64,000 bases of DNA, taken from NCBI GenBank assembly GCA_963749705.1, contig CAVVNQ010000002.1, positions 192,001 through 256,000 on the forward strand, in the 5' to 3' direction. Origin of the DNA: an uncultured Chloroflexia bacterium (GTDB lineage Bacteria > Chloroflexota > Limnocylindria > Limnocylindrales > CSP1-4). A model generated the notes under the pieces. It had not been told where the DNA came from. It was given only the letters and a program-made list of their open reading frames with translations, and searched no databases. Position 1 is the first letter of the stretch; each line of letters starts with the position of its first letter. Below, one piece after another: positions 48,474 through 57,699 of the stretch. The position numbers and the translations under genes are program-made.

Positions 48474-48941
48474 TCAGGGTTCCGTCGTTCCCTCTCTCGC
48501 AGCGGTCCACCGGGCGTATCTCGGCGGCCAGTCGTCGGAGCTTGGCCGCGCACCGTAGAGCACATCCTCGACCAGGAGCTCGAAGGCCGGCGCATCGCCG
48601 ACGCTCCAGTCCCAATCGGCGGCAAGGGATGCCCGCCTGACCGGGTCGTCGACCGGCCGCACCCGGCCGCGAACGAGGAACTCATTGGGGACCGCGGGGT
48701 CGAAGTGGGCGTGGAGGGCGTACCGGCCGTCCTGTTCGAGATCGCGCAGCTTCGGTGACCGGAGGATGAACGCGTACAGCCCGCCGTCGACCACCCCCAC
48801 CGTGATCGGGTGCGCCTGGGGAGGCTCGTCCCCCGAGACGGTGATCAGGAGCGCTTCGCCGTGGCCGGTCCGGTACAGGAGCTCTCGGCCCATCGCGGCA
48901 ATGTCCGGTGCCTCGGTCGCGAACTCACCCCAGGTACTCAC
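48474..48941 (-). CDS. Pyridoxamine 5'-phosphate oxidase-like (split-barrel) protein
   Basis: TWGEF..EAP, P..HPI, SPKLRDL..DGRYALH; GGAG RBS. Confidence 0.8.
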   Translation of the reverse strand: MSTWGEFATEAPDIAAMGRELLYRTGHGEALLITVSGDEPPQAHPITVGVVDGGLYAFILRSPKLRDLEQDGRYALHAHFDPAVPNEFLVRGRVRPVDDPVRRASLAADWDWSVGDAPAFELLVEDVLYGARPSSDDWPPRYARWTAAREGTTEP

Positions 48942-48970
48942 GTGCGATCTCCATTTCGTCTGTCGTTCGT

Positions 48971-50353
48971 TCAGGCGGTGCCGTCGAGCCGGCGTCGCGC
49001 CTCGTCGAACAGGCCGTTGAGGATGCGCGACGTCGAGGGGAACGCGTGGATCGTCTCCGCGAGCACGTCCACCGGCACCCTTGCCTTGATCGCGAGCACG
49101 CATTCGTGGATCGCGGCCGATGCGTCCGGGCAGGCCATCGCCGCCCCCACCAGCTCTCGCGTGGCGCGATCCACGACGATCGTGACGTGGCCGGTCTCGG
49201 CTTCGACCGAGTACCCCTTCGACGAGTGGGGGAAGTCGGCGACGCACTCGAATGCATCGATCCCGGCATCGGTGGCCTGGTCGAGGCTGACCCCGACCGA
49301 CGCCGCCTCGGGGTCCATGTACGTGGCGCGGGGAAGGGCGCGGTAGTCGGGCGTCACGGCCTCGCCCAGCGCCATCCGGACGACCATCTCGCCCTGGTAG
49401 TGCGCCTGGTGGGTGTGGAGCTCCGGGCCCGCGGGGTCGCCCGCCACCCACAGGCCGTCCGCCAGCCGCAGGCTGCCGTCGCGACGGTAGGCGCCGGGTC
49501 CCGAGACCTCGATCCCGTACACGTCCAGCCCCAGGTCACGCGTCGGGAACTCGCGCCCGACCGCGAGCAGGACCGCGTGGCCCTCCGCGGTCGTCCCGTT
49601 GTCGAGCTCGATGACGTGGGCGCCGTCGGTCCCGGCGCCCGCGCGCGCCCGTATCGCACGCGACCCGGTCCGGACGCTCACGCCGTCACGCTCGAGCGCG
49701 AACCGGACCGCCTCGGCGTTGCGGGGATGGTCCGTGGGCACGAGCCGCGGCCCGGACTGGACGACCGTGGTCGGCACGCCGAACCGCGCGAAGACCTGGG
49801 CGAGCTCGCAGCCGGTCGGGCCGCCGCCGAGCACGAGCAGGCTCCGGGGCAGCTCGCGCGTCAGCGTCGCATCCCGGTTCGTCCAGGGCTTGGTCTCGGC
49901 GAGCCCCTCGATGGGCGGCACCTTGGACCCCGATCCCACCGCGACCACGATGTTGCGCGCCGCAAGCTCGTGGGTCACGCCGTCATGGCTGACCGTCACG
50001 CGGCCGCGCGCGGTGATCCGGCCCTCGCCGCGGTAGGTGACCGAGCCATCAGACTCGAGCGCCTTGACGTGCGAGGTGTCGTCGGGGTCGAGCGCATCCG
50101 TCGGGCGGTTGACCATGTAGTCGCGGCGATCGGATGCGCGCGACCACGAGTAGTCGGCGCCCGCCGCGTGCCGGTCGGCGCTGTGGAGCAGCGACTTCGA
50201 CGGGATGCACCCGATGTGCGGACACGATCCGCCGAACCACCGGCGGTCGATGACGGCCGAGGTGGCGCCCAGCGCTCGCGCCTTGTGCGCGGCAGCCTCC
50301 CCGGCCGGGCCGGCGCCGATGATCACGAAGTCGAAGGTGTCCATGTCCGTCAT
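48971..50353 (-). CDS. Class I pyridine nucleotide-disulfide oxidoreductase
   Basis: GAGPAG, GGSCPHIGCIPSK, GGGPTGCE, AGD, IHAFPS. Confidence 0.92.
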   Translation of the reverse strand: MTDMDTFDFVIIGAGPAGEAAAHKARALGATSAVIDRRWFGGSCPHIGCIPSKSLLHSADRHAAGADYSWSRASDRRDYMVNRPTDALDPDDTSHVKALESDGSVTYRGEGRITARGRVTVSHDGVTHELAARNIVVAVGSGSKVPPIEGLAETKPWTNRDATLTRELPRSLLVLGGGPTGCELAQVFARFGVPTTVVQSGPRLVPTDHPRNAEAVRFALERDGVSVRTGSRAIRARAGAGTDGAHVIELDNGTTAEGHAVLLAVGREFPTRDLGLDVYGIEVSGPGAYRRDGSLRLADGLWVAGDPAGPELHTHQAHYQGEMVVRMALGEAVTPDYRALPRATYMDPEAASVGVSLDQATDAGIDAFECVADFPHSSKGYSVEAETGHVTIVVDRATRELVGAAMACPDASAAIHECVLAIKARVPVDVLAETIHAFPSTSRILNGLFDEARRRLDGTA

Positions 50354-50366
50354 CCTCGCCGAAATC

Positions 50367-51170
50367 TCACCCGAGCGCTCGCTGCCGTCGGGCTTCGTAC
50401 AGCAGGACGGCGACCGCGATCGAGACGTTGAGGCTGTCGGCGACCCCGAGCATCGGCAGCCGGACGCCCGTCACCGCGTCACCGTCCCAGGCCGCGCTCA
50501 GGCCGTCGGCCTCACTGCCCAGGATGAGGGCGACCGGACCACGCAGATCGACATCGGTGTAGACGGACAGCGCGTCGACGCGCGCCGCGATCAGCGCGAC
50601 CCCTTGTCCGGCCAGCCTGGCCCGAACGTCTGCGCTCGAGCCCGCGGCCACCGGGACGGCGAACATCGTGCCCAGCGATGCACGCACCGCGTTGGGGTTG
50701 AACAGGTCCGTGCGCGGATCTGCGGCGATCACGGCGTCGGCACCCGCCGCATCGGCTGTCCGCAGGACGGCGCCCAGGTTGCCCGGCTTCTCGACGCCTT
50801 CGACGACGACCACCAGCGGGTCATGGGGAAGGTGCAGCCCGTCGAGGGACAGATCCGGGATCCTGACCGTTGCCACCACGCCCTCGCCCCGGTCGCCGTA
50901 CGCCAGCCGGTCGAGGACCGTGCCGCTGACCACGGTCAGCGTCGCGCCGGCGGTCGTGGCAGCCGCAACCGCCGCATGCCCCGCCTCGCTGAGCCGTGTC
51001 TCGTCGACGAACACCTCGGCGACCCTCGCGCCGCCCTCCAACGCCCGCGACAGCTCGCGTGCGCCGTCAAGAAGCGTCAACCCGGCGCGCTCACGCGTCC
51101 GCCGGTCCCGAAGTGCGGCCGCGGCGCGGATCCGCGGGTTGCGAAGGCTCGAGATGGTGGGCTCGGTCAT
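50367..51170 (-). CDS. TrmH/SpoU family RNA methyltransferase
   Basis: EKPGNLGAVLRTADA, GSEADGL, DSLNVS. Confidence 0.93.
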   Translation of the reverse strand: MTEPTISSLRNPRIRAAAALRDRRTRERAGLTLLDGARELSRALEGGARVAEVFVDETRLSEAGHAAVAAATTAGATLTVVSGTVLDRLAYGDRGEGVVATVRIPDLSLDGLHLPHDPLVVVVEGVEKPGNLGAVLRTADAAGADAVIAADPRTDLFNPNAVRASLGTMFAVPVAAGSSADVRARLAGQGVALIAARVDALSVYTDVDLRGPVALILGSEADGLSAAWDGDAVTGVRLPMLGVADSLNVSIAVAVLLYEARRQRALG

Positions 51171-51177
51171 CCGGCCG

Positions 51178-52011
51178 TCACCGCGGCTTCGTCCGGCCGG
51201 GATGGCGCGCCCAGCTGCCCGCGCGGAGCACGTTGCCCGTCCGCGCGACGAGCTCGAGATCCTCGCCCGCGGCATCGACCCCCAGGTGCTCCCGGAGCAA
51301 CGACGCGAGGCGCTCCCCGTCGAACCCCGGACTGTGCGCGCTGAGCACGGCCAGCCCCGGCCTCGGGCCGACCAGCGCGGCCAGGTCCTGGAGCAGGGGC
51401 TCGAGGTCCGTCTCGATCTGCCAGGCGCCGTTGCCGTGGCCGTACGTCGGCGGATCGAGCACCACGCCGTCGTAGTGGCGGCCGCGACGGCGCTCGCGCC
51501 GAACGAAGGCGCGGGCATCGTCCACGAGCCACCGGATCGGGCGGTCGGCGAGCGCGGACAGCTCGGCGTTGCGCCGCGCCCACGCGACGGCCGGGCGCGA
51601 GGCATCGACATGGGCCAGGCGCGCTCCGGCGCGCGCGCACGCGAGGGTGGCGCCACCCGTGTACGCGAACAGCGTCAGGATCTCGGCGGGGCGGCCGAGG
51701 CGCGTCCCGATATCGGCGATGGACCGCTCCAGCCAGGCCCACGTCGCGGCGTGCTCCGCGAACACGCCCACCTGGCCGCCGGCCGCGGGCCGGCATTCGA
51801 GCGTCAGGCCGGCGGCCTCCACCGTCCAGGGTGCGCGCTCACCGCCGCGCACCCAGCCACCACGCCCGAACACGAGCGGCGCGCGATGCCACTCGGTCTC
51901 GGGCAGGATCGGCGGCATGACCGCGCCCGGCGCCGGCCGGTCCACGACGACGGAGCCGAAGCGCTCGAGGCGCCGTCCGCCGCCACAGTCGAGAAGCTCC
52001 AGGTCCGCCAT
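51178..52011 (-). CDS. Class I SAM-dependent methyltransferase (RlmI/RlmK-like)
   Basis: LLDCG.GRRLERFG, LFAYTGG, HVDAS, LDPPTYG. Confidence 0.88.
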   Translation of the reverse strand: MADLELLDCGGGRRLERFGSVVVDRPAPGAVMPPILPETEWHRAPLVFGRGGWVRGGERAPWTVEAAGLTLECRPAAGGQVGVFAEHAATWAWLERSIADIGTRLGRPAEILTLFAYTGGATLACARAGARLAHVDASRPAVAWARRNAELSALADRPIRWLVDDARAFVRRERRRGRHYDGVVLDPPTYGHGNGAWQIETDLEPLLQDLAALVGPRPGLAVLSAHSPGFDGERLASLLREHLGVDAAGEDLELVARTGNVLRAGSWARHPGRTKPR

Positions 52012-52088
52012 CGGCCCCATCGTCGCATGCCGGTGGCCCGGCCTGTCGGCGGCCCGGCCGAGGGGCTGTGCTATCCTCCGCGCCCGAA

Positions 52089-52165
52089 GGGCGATTAGCT
52101 CAGCTGGTTAGAGCGCATGCTTGACATGCATGAGGTCACTGGTTCGAGTCCAGTATCGCCCACCA
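52089..52165 (+). tRNA. tRNA-Val(GAC)
   Basis: GGGCGAT/ATCGCCC acceptor stem, CATGC/GCATG anticodon stem with GAC, GTTCGAGTC, CCA. Confidence 0.97.
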
Positions 52166-52213
52166 TCCCCTGAGACCTGACGGCGTGCCGGCGTGCCCGA
52201 TGGCTCCCGCGGG

Positions 52214-53374
52214 TCAGCCTCGTCGTCGAGCGGACAGCCGCCGGGTGCGACGAGCCGCGAGCCACCCGGCCAGCACAACCCATGGCACGAGGAACAGGAC
52301 GGCGGCCGTGCCCGCAGCCTCCGCGGGCCGGGACGGCGCCGATGATGACGTCGGCGGGAGCGTGAACACCGGGCCGGGCGTGGTCCCGGCGGCGGTCACC
52401 GGCGAGCTCGGCCGGCTGGTCGGAGCGGCGGGCCGGCTGGTCGGAGCGGGACGGCTGGTCGGAGCGGCGGGCCGGCTGGTCGGCGGCGGCGTGGGCGTCG
52501 GCGGCAGCAGCGCCCCGGGCGGCAGGGCCCCGACGATCGCGCTGGGCGAGATGCTCCGGTCCTGGTTCTTGTTGCCCGACCCGTCGAGATTGAGCGTCCG
52601 CATGTGCCACGGTGAGCCCGAGACCTGCGAGGCGCCGTCGAGCGGGCCACCGTTCGCCCGGTTCCAGTAGTCGGACTGGCCCAGATGCCCGCCCCACGCG
52701 AGGAGGACCGCCGGCCCGGTGCTCCGGAACTGCACCACGATGTCGGCCGAGCTGTTGCCCGCGCTGGGCCCGGCGTGGGTCGGAACCGAGATGGACAGGA
52801 TGGTTGCGCCCCACGCGGTCAGGCGACGAGGCGATCCGGAGTAGCGTTCCGCCCCGGCTACCGACAGGCCGTCGGTGACGAATGGGTCGGATGGGAACGC
52901 GGCGGTCGACGGCGACGGGAGCGACGGGCACATCGATGAGATGCCACCGCCGGTGGGCGAGCAGACCTTCCCGGCAGCATTGGTCACGTTCCAGGTGGCG
53001 AGGAAGTCGTACGCCTTGTGGCCACCAGCGGTGAAGTCGTAGTTGATGTGGATCGTGTGGGTGCCCGCCGAGAGGCCCTCGATCGCGAGCCGGAAGGGGA
53101 CGATGCCGCCTTCCGGATAGCGCGAGTTGTTGCCGTTGAGGTTGCCGTTCTGCCACTGGAGCGCCGTGCTGGCCCACTGGTCGAGGTTGACCGTGGTGGC
53201 GGCCAGGACCGGCGAGGGACCGATCCCGATGGTCACCGCCGCAAGCGACATCGAGATCAGCGCGGTCGCGGCTGCCCTGGGCACGCGGGAGCTCCGCGCG
53301 GCGCCGGCACGTCGCGCGGATGAGGTCGGGGCCCCGAGCCTCGGGTGCCGCATCATCGGACCGTGAGTCGCCAA
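52214..53374 (-). CDS. Secreted/cell-surface protein with Pro/Thr/Ser repeats and LPPTS-TM-basic tail
   Basis: Signal peptide ending VLA|A, WQNGNLNGNNSRY.EG domain, PTSRP repeats, C-terminal TM helix followed by Arg cluster; start uncertain. Confidence 0.75.
   Translation of the reverse strand: MATHGPMMRHPRLGAPTSSARRAGAARSSRVPRAAATALISMSLAAVTIGIGPSPVLAATTVNLDQWASTALQWQNGNLNGNNSRYPEGGIVPFRLAIEGLSAGTHTIHINYDFTAGGHKAYDFLATWNVTNAAGKVCSPTGGGISSMCPSLPSPSTAAFPSDPFVTDGLSVAGAERYSGSPRRLTAWGATILSISVPTHAGPSAGNSSADIVVQFRSTGPAVLLAWGGHLGQSDYWNRANGGPLDGASQVSGSPWHMRTLNLDGSGNKNQDRSISPSAIVGALPPGALLPPTPTPPPTSRPAAPTSRPAPTSRPAAPTSRPSSPVTAAGTTPGPVFTLPPTSSSAPSRPAEAAGTAAVLFLVPWVVLAGWLAARRTRRLSARRRG
52410..52483. repeat. 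Intragenic 18-21 bp tandem repeat encoding PTSRP(A)A
   Basis: CGGCTGGTCGG four times. Confidence 0.8.
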
Positions 53375-53670
53375 CGCATCGCCTCGCTCAGCGGGTTCGG
53401 CTGCTCACGGTGGGCGGCGGAGGTCAAGCCGTCGAGGATGACGAATCGCCTACGAAACCCACCGCAGTAGCCCGCAGTCAACCGGCCGATGCACCGATCG
53501 GAAAACTCCGGTGTGAGCGGTCAACGTGGCACGCGACGTCCGCCGGGCCTGCGCGGGACGGGGGAGGCGAATCGGCCGTGGTTGCGGGCAGCGACGCAGT
53601 CCCGGATACTGTCCCCGCGACACGGGGATCGCATGAAGGCTCCGGCCCACCGGAGACGGACATACAGCAA

Positions 53671-53912
53671 CGCGTCGAGTGGGACGCGCCACACCGGGAC
53701 GTCACCAGAGAGCCGGGGCCATCGGCTGCAAGCCCCGACGGACCCGACCGGTGCCGGCACCACCCGCGAGCGGCCGGTGAACCGGTCCGGGATCCGCCCG
53801 TTAGCGCGGCTCGAGCGCACACCGCCGGGTCTTCCCGGCCGCGTGAAGGCGGGTGGAACCGCGGGAGGAACAACAGCCTCTCGTCCTGTCGGGACGAGAG
53901 GTTTCGTGTTTC
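53671..53912 (+). promoter_or_regulatory. T-box riboswitch (Thr)
   Basis: Stem I AGAGAG/GCTG motifs, ACC specifier at ~53759, T-box GGGTGGAACCGCG at 53851, terminator CCTCTCGTCC/GGACGAGAGG plus T-rich tail. Confidence 0.88.
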
Positions 53913-53927
53913 CCAGGAGCGATTGAC

Positions 53928-55784
53928 ATGGCCGACGACCAGCAGCAACAGCAGGCGGACCAGCTCGAGGACGAGGACCTCGCCCTCGACGCACCGGAGC
54001 GGGGCTCGGCGGACGAGCTCCTCGACGCCGGAGCACACGCGCCGATCGACGCGATGCGGCACAGCGCCGCGCACGTGATGGCCGAAGCCGTGCTGGACCT
54101 GTTCCCGGGCACCCGCCTGGGGATCGGACCGGCCATCGCCAACGGCTTCTACTACGACTTCGACCTGCCGCGCCCGGTCACCCCGGACGACCTGTCGGCG
54201 ATCGAGGAGCGGATGCGAGCCAGCGTCGCCGCGGACCACCCGTTCACGCGCCGTGAGGTCGCCTTCGAGCAGGGCCGGGCCGAGGTGAAGGCAGCCGGCC
54301 AGCCATTCAAGGTCGAGATCCTCGACGACCTCGCCCGTGCCGCCGCGGAGTCGGCCAGCCCGATGCCGCCGGTGACGTTCTACGACCACGGGCCGTTCAG
54401 CGACCTGTGCAAGGGACCCCACGTGGCATCGACGGGAGAGATCGGGCCGTTCAAGCTGCTCGCGGTGTCCGGGGCGTACTGGCGGGGCGACCAGACCCGG
54501 CAGTCGCTGCAGCGCATCTACGGCACGGTGTGGGAGTCACAGGAGGAGCTCGATGCCTACCTGTGGCGCCGCGACGAGGCGCGCAAGCGCGACCATCGCA
54601 AGCTCGGCGTCCAGCTCGACCTGTTCAGCTTCCATGACGTGAGCCCCGGCTCGGCGTTCTGGCATCCCAAGGGCCAGCGGATCTGGCGCACCCTCGAGAC
54701 GGCGATGCGCGAGCTCCAGGACCGTCGCGGCTACCAGGAGGTCAGCACCCCGATCCTCGTCTCGGAGCGCCTGTGGCGGCAGTCGGGGCACTGGGACCAC
54801 TACGCCGAGAACATGTTCATCATCGAGAGCGAGGGGCAGCAGTTCAGCCTCAAGCCGATGAACTGCCCCGAGTCCACGTTCATCTACCGGTCCCGGCTGC
54901 GGTCGTACCGGGATCTCCCGCTCCGGCTGAGCGAGTACGGCCGGCTCCACCGCAACGAGCGGTCGGGAACGCTGTCAGGGCTGACCAGGGTCCGCCAGTT
55001 CATCCAGGACGACGGGCACATCTACCTTCGTCCGGACCAGCTGACGGCGGAGATCGAGGCGCTCCTGGGCGAGGTCCGCGAGGCGTTCGGCTGGTTCGGC
55101 ATGGAACCGCGCTTCGCGTTCGCGACCAAGCCGGACAAGGCGATCGGCGACCCGGCGCTGTGGGAGCTCGCCGAGCGGCTGACGATCGAGGCGTTCGCGG
55201 CGACCGACATCAGCTACCAGCTCAAGCCCAAGGACGGGACGTTCTACGCCCCCAAGATCGACATCTACATCGATGACGCGCTGGGTCGCGAGTGGCAGAT
55301 GGCGACCATCCAGATCGACCTGCAGATGCTGCCCGAGCGGTTCGACCTGACGTACATCGACGAGGACGGCCAGCCGAAGCGACCGATGGCGATCCATCGC
55401 GCGATCTACGGCTCGCTGGAGCGGTTCATCGGCATCCTGGTGGAGCACTTCGCGGGCGCGTTCCCGTTGTGGATCGCGCCGCTCCAGGTGGTGGTGATCC
55501 CCATCGCCGACCGTCACGTGGAGCCGGCCGAGGAGCTGGCCGCGGAGCTGCGCGGGTCCGGCGTCCGGTTCGTCGAGGTCGACGGGTCCGACAACCGGAT
55601 GCAGAACAAGATCCGGCTGGCGCAGGGCCAGAAGGTCCCGTACATGGTCATCCTCGGCGACCGCGAGGTCGAGGCGCGGACCGCGTCGGTCCGCCGGCGG
55701 GACGGTTCGCAGGAGCAGGGGATCGCCTGGAGCGACCTCGCCGCGCGCCTGGGCGACGAGATCCGGGAGCGCCGGCTGGAGTAG
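53928..55784 (+). CDS. thrS: Threonine--tRNA ligase
   Basis: HSAAH, DLCKGPH, AYWRGD, RDHRKLG, KPMNCP, GLTRVRQF, HRAIYGSLERF. Confidence 0.97.
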   Translation: MADDQQQQQADQLEDEDLALDAPERGSADELLDAGAHAPIDAMRHSAAHVMAEAVLDLFPGTRLGIGPAIANGFYYDFDLPRPVTPDDLSAIEERMRASVAADHPFTRREVAFEQGRAEVKAAGQPFKVEILDDLARAAAESASPMPPVTFYDHGPFSDLCKGPHVASTGEIGPFKLLAVSGAYWRGDQTRQSLQRIYGTVWESQEELDAYLWRRDEARKRDHRKLGVQLDLFSFHDVSPGSAFWHPKGQRIWRTLETAMRELQDRRGYQEVSTPILVSERLWRQSGHWDHYAENMFIIESEGQQFSLKPMNCPESTFIYRSRLRSYRDLPLRLSEYGRLHRNERSGTLSGLTRVRQFIQDDGHIYLRPDQLTAEIEALLGEVREAFGWFGMEPRFAFATKPDKAIGDPALWELAERLTIEAFAATDISYQLKPKDGTFYAPKIDIYIDDALGREWQMATIQIDLQMLPERFDLTYIDEDGQPKRPMAIHRAIYGSLERFIGILVEHFAGAFPLWIAPLQVVVIPIADRHVEPAEELAAELRGSGVRFVEVDGSDNRMQNKIRLAQGQKVPYMVILGDREVEARTASVRRRDGSQEQGIAWSDLAARLGDEIRERRLE

Positions 55785-55815
55785 GGGCGCTTAGGGGCGT
55801 GCTCGCCCCTCGGCC

Positions 55816-56029
55816 ATCGCCGGCACCGAACGAAATCGGCGCGAGGTGGGGTTCAGGGCCGCTCGACGACGGTGCTCGGCCCGCCGCGATCGCCACCAGC
55901 GAACGAAATCGGCGTGAACCTGCCCAACCGCGTGTCCAGCAACGGCTACGATCGCCACCGCCGAACGCAGGGCTTCGGACGGGGCGACATCGCGGTCCTG
56001 CGCCCCAAAGTGTTCGCTGGCAGCGATCG
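55816..56029. repeat. Cluster of degenerate short repeats (three direct, one inverted), REP-like
   Basis: ATCGCN5CGAAC-type motif at 55816, 55889 and 55951; inverted copy GTTCGCTGGCAGCGATCG at 56012-56029. Confidence 0.6.
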
Positions 56030-56150
56030 AGCGCTGCGTCCGCGCACGGCGTGCGGCAGCTCCGGGGGCGGTGTCTCGGGAGGGCTTCGCGGTCGTCCCC
56101 GCGGCGGTTTCGCAGGGCCCGCGGAGCGCCCGCGGAGGGGTCGCCATTCG

Positions 56151-56180
56151 TTGCGACCGTTCGAAACCCTGTGCTATTCT
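56151..56180 (+). promoter_or_regulatory. SigA-type promoter of infC operon
   Basis: TTGCGA-N18-TATTCT with extended -10 TG. Confidence 0.55.
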
Positions 56181-56253
56181 CCCGCGGCGGCTGCGTAGGG
56201 CGCTGAGCGTGCGCGCCGCGAATCTGACACCTCGAAACAAAGGGAACCACGAC

Positions 56254-56994
56254 ATCAGCCGAGACCTGCGCATCAACCAGATGATCCGTGTACCCCAGGT
56301 CCGGGTCCTCGACGAAGATGGCTCACAGCTCGGCGTCATGCCGACGCAGCAGGCCTTGGCGATGGCGCAGGAGCGTGGACTCGATCTCGTGGAGGTCGCG
56401 CCCACCGCGGCGCCCCCGGTCGTCAAGTTCCTCGACTTTGGTCAGTACAAGTACGAGCTGACCAAGCGCGAGAAGGAGGCGAAGCGGAAGCAGCGCTCGG
56501 TGGAGTTCAAGGAGGTCCGCCTGACGCCGAAGATCGGCGTGGGTGACTTCGACACCAAGGTCCATCGAGCGATCGAGTTCCTCGAGGACGGCGACCGGCT
56601 CAAGGTCACGGTCCGCTTCCGCGGTCGGGAGCTGACCCACCCGGAGATCGGACGGAAGCTCCTCGCGAGGTTCGGCGACGCGGTCAAGGATCACGGGACC
56701 GTGGACCGCATGCCGGCGCTCGAAGGAAAGTCCATGTTCATGACGCTCGCCTCGCTGCACAAGCCGCGGGTCCACGAGCACAAGATCGCCGGGGCGCGGT
56801 CCGACGGCGAGAGCCCGGCGGCAGACGCCCAGCCCGATCGGGATCGACCGGAGGGCGCTGCCGCGGCACCGTCCCCGGCAACGCCGGAAGCCCCCGTCAC
56901 AGCACCGCCGGCGGCAACGCCGGCAGCCCAGTCCGTACCCGAACCGACGCCTGCTGCCGCTCCCGCGGCCGAGGCGACGCCAGCAGGAGAGTGA
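56254..56994 (+). CDS. infC: Translation initiation factor IF-3 (probable ATC start)
   Basis: LRINQMIR, GLDLVEVAP, FLEDGDRLKVTVRFRGRE; ATC 8 nt after AAGGGA. Confidence 0.93.
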   Translation: MSRDLRINQMIRVPQVRVLDEDGSQLGVMPTQQALAMAQERGLDLVEVAPTAAPPVVKFLDFGQYKYELTKREKEAKRKQRSVEFKEVRLTPKIGVGDFDTKVHRAIEFLEDGDRLKVTVRFRGRELTHPEIGRKLLARFGDAVKDHGTVDRMPALEGKSMFMTLASLHKPRVHEHKIAGARSDGESPAADAQPDRDRPEGAAAAPSPATPEAPVTAPPAATPAAQSVPEPTPAAAPAAEATPAGE

Positions 56995-57001
56995 GGCCCG
57001 C

Positions 57002-57199
57002 GTGCCCAAGATCAAGACCCACAAGGGGACGCAGAAGCGCGTCACCGTCACCGGCACCGGGAAGTTCGTCCGCGTGAAGTCATGGCGCGGCCATCATCTC
57101 GAGATCAAGTCCTCGCGCCGGACGCGTCGCTACGCGGGCAAGGCAGTCGTGGGCCCCGAGCACCAGGAGCAGCTTCGCCGGCTCCTGCCGTACCTCTAG
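57002..57199 (+). CDS. rpmI: 50S ribosomal protein L35
   Basis: MPKIKTHKG..KR..VTGTGK, LLPY. Confidence 0.95.
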   Translation: MPKIKTHKGTQKRVTVTGTGKFVRVKSWRGHHLEIKSSRRTRRYAGKAVVGPEHQEQLRRLLPYL

Positions 57200-57208
57200 G
57201 AGCGATCG

Positions 57209-57559
57209 ATGGCACGCGTCAAGCGGGGCGTCACCGCCCACAAACGGCACAAGCGGCTCCTCGACGGCGCCGAGGGCCGCAAGGGAACCAATCGCAAGCT
57301 CGTCAAGCGCGCGCGCGAATCGACGCTGCACGCGCTTGCGTACGCCACCCGGGACCGGAAGCAGCGCAAGCGCGACATGCGGGAGCTGTGGATCATCCGC
57401 ATCAACGCCGCCGCCCGGATCAACGGGATCACCTACGCCAAGCTGATCGCCGGCCTCAAGAAGGCGGGCGTCGGCCTGGATCGCAAGATCCTCGCTGACC
57501 TTGCCGTTCGCGATGCCGCGACCTTCGGCCGGATCGCCGAGGTCGCGCGCGGCGCCTGA
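57209..57559 (+). CDS. rplT: 50S ribosomal protein L20
   Basis: [33 protein letters not shown]. Confidence 0.97.
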   Translation: MARVKRGVTAHKRHKRLLDGAEGRKGTNRKLVKRARESTLHALAYATRDRKQRKRDMRELWIIRINAAARINGITYAKLIAGLKKAGVGLDRKILADLAVRDAATFGRIAEVARGA

Positions 57560-57699
57560 CCCGCCCGCCGGATGCGCCTCGACGTGCTGCCCAGGCTCGT
57601 CGCAGCGCCGATCCCGACCCTCGACGTCGCCGACGCTCGGGGGTTCGTGATTCACGGGGACTGACCACCCCGACCGTAGCGCCAGGACCACCGCCACCC

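Noticed and set aside
57560-57699. T-box upstream of pheS
   Set aside because: No TGGNACC antiterminator motif or Stem I signature in the 140-bp gap.
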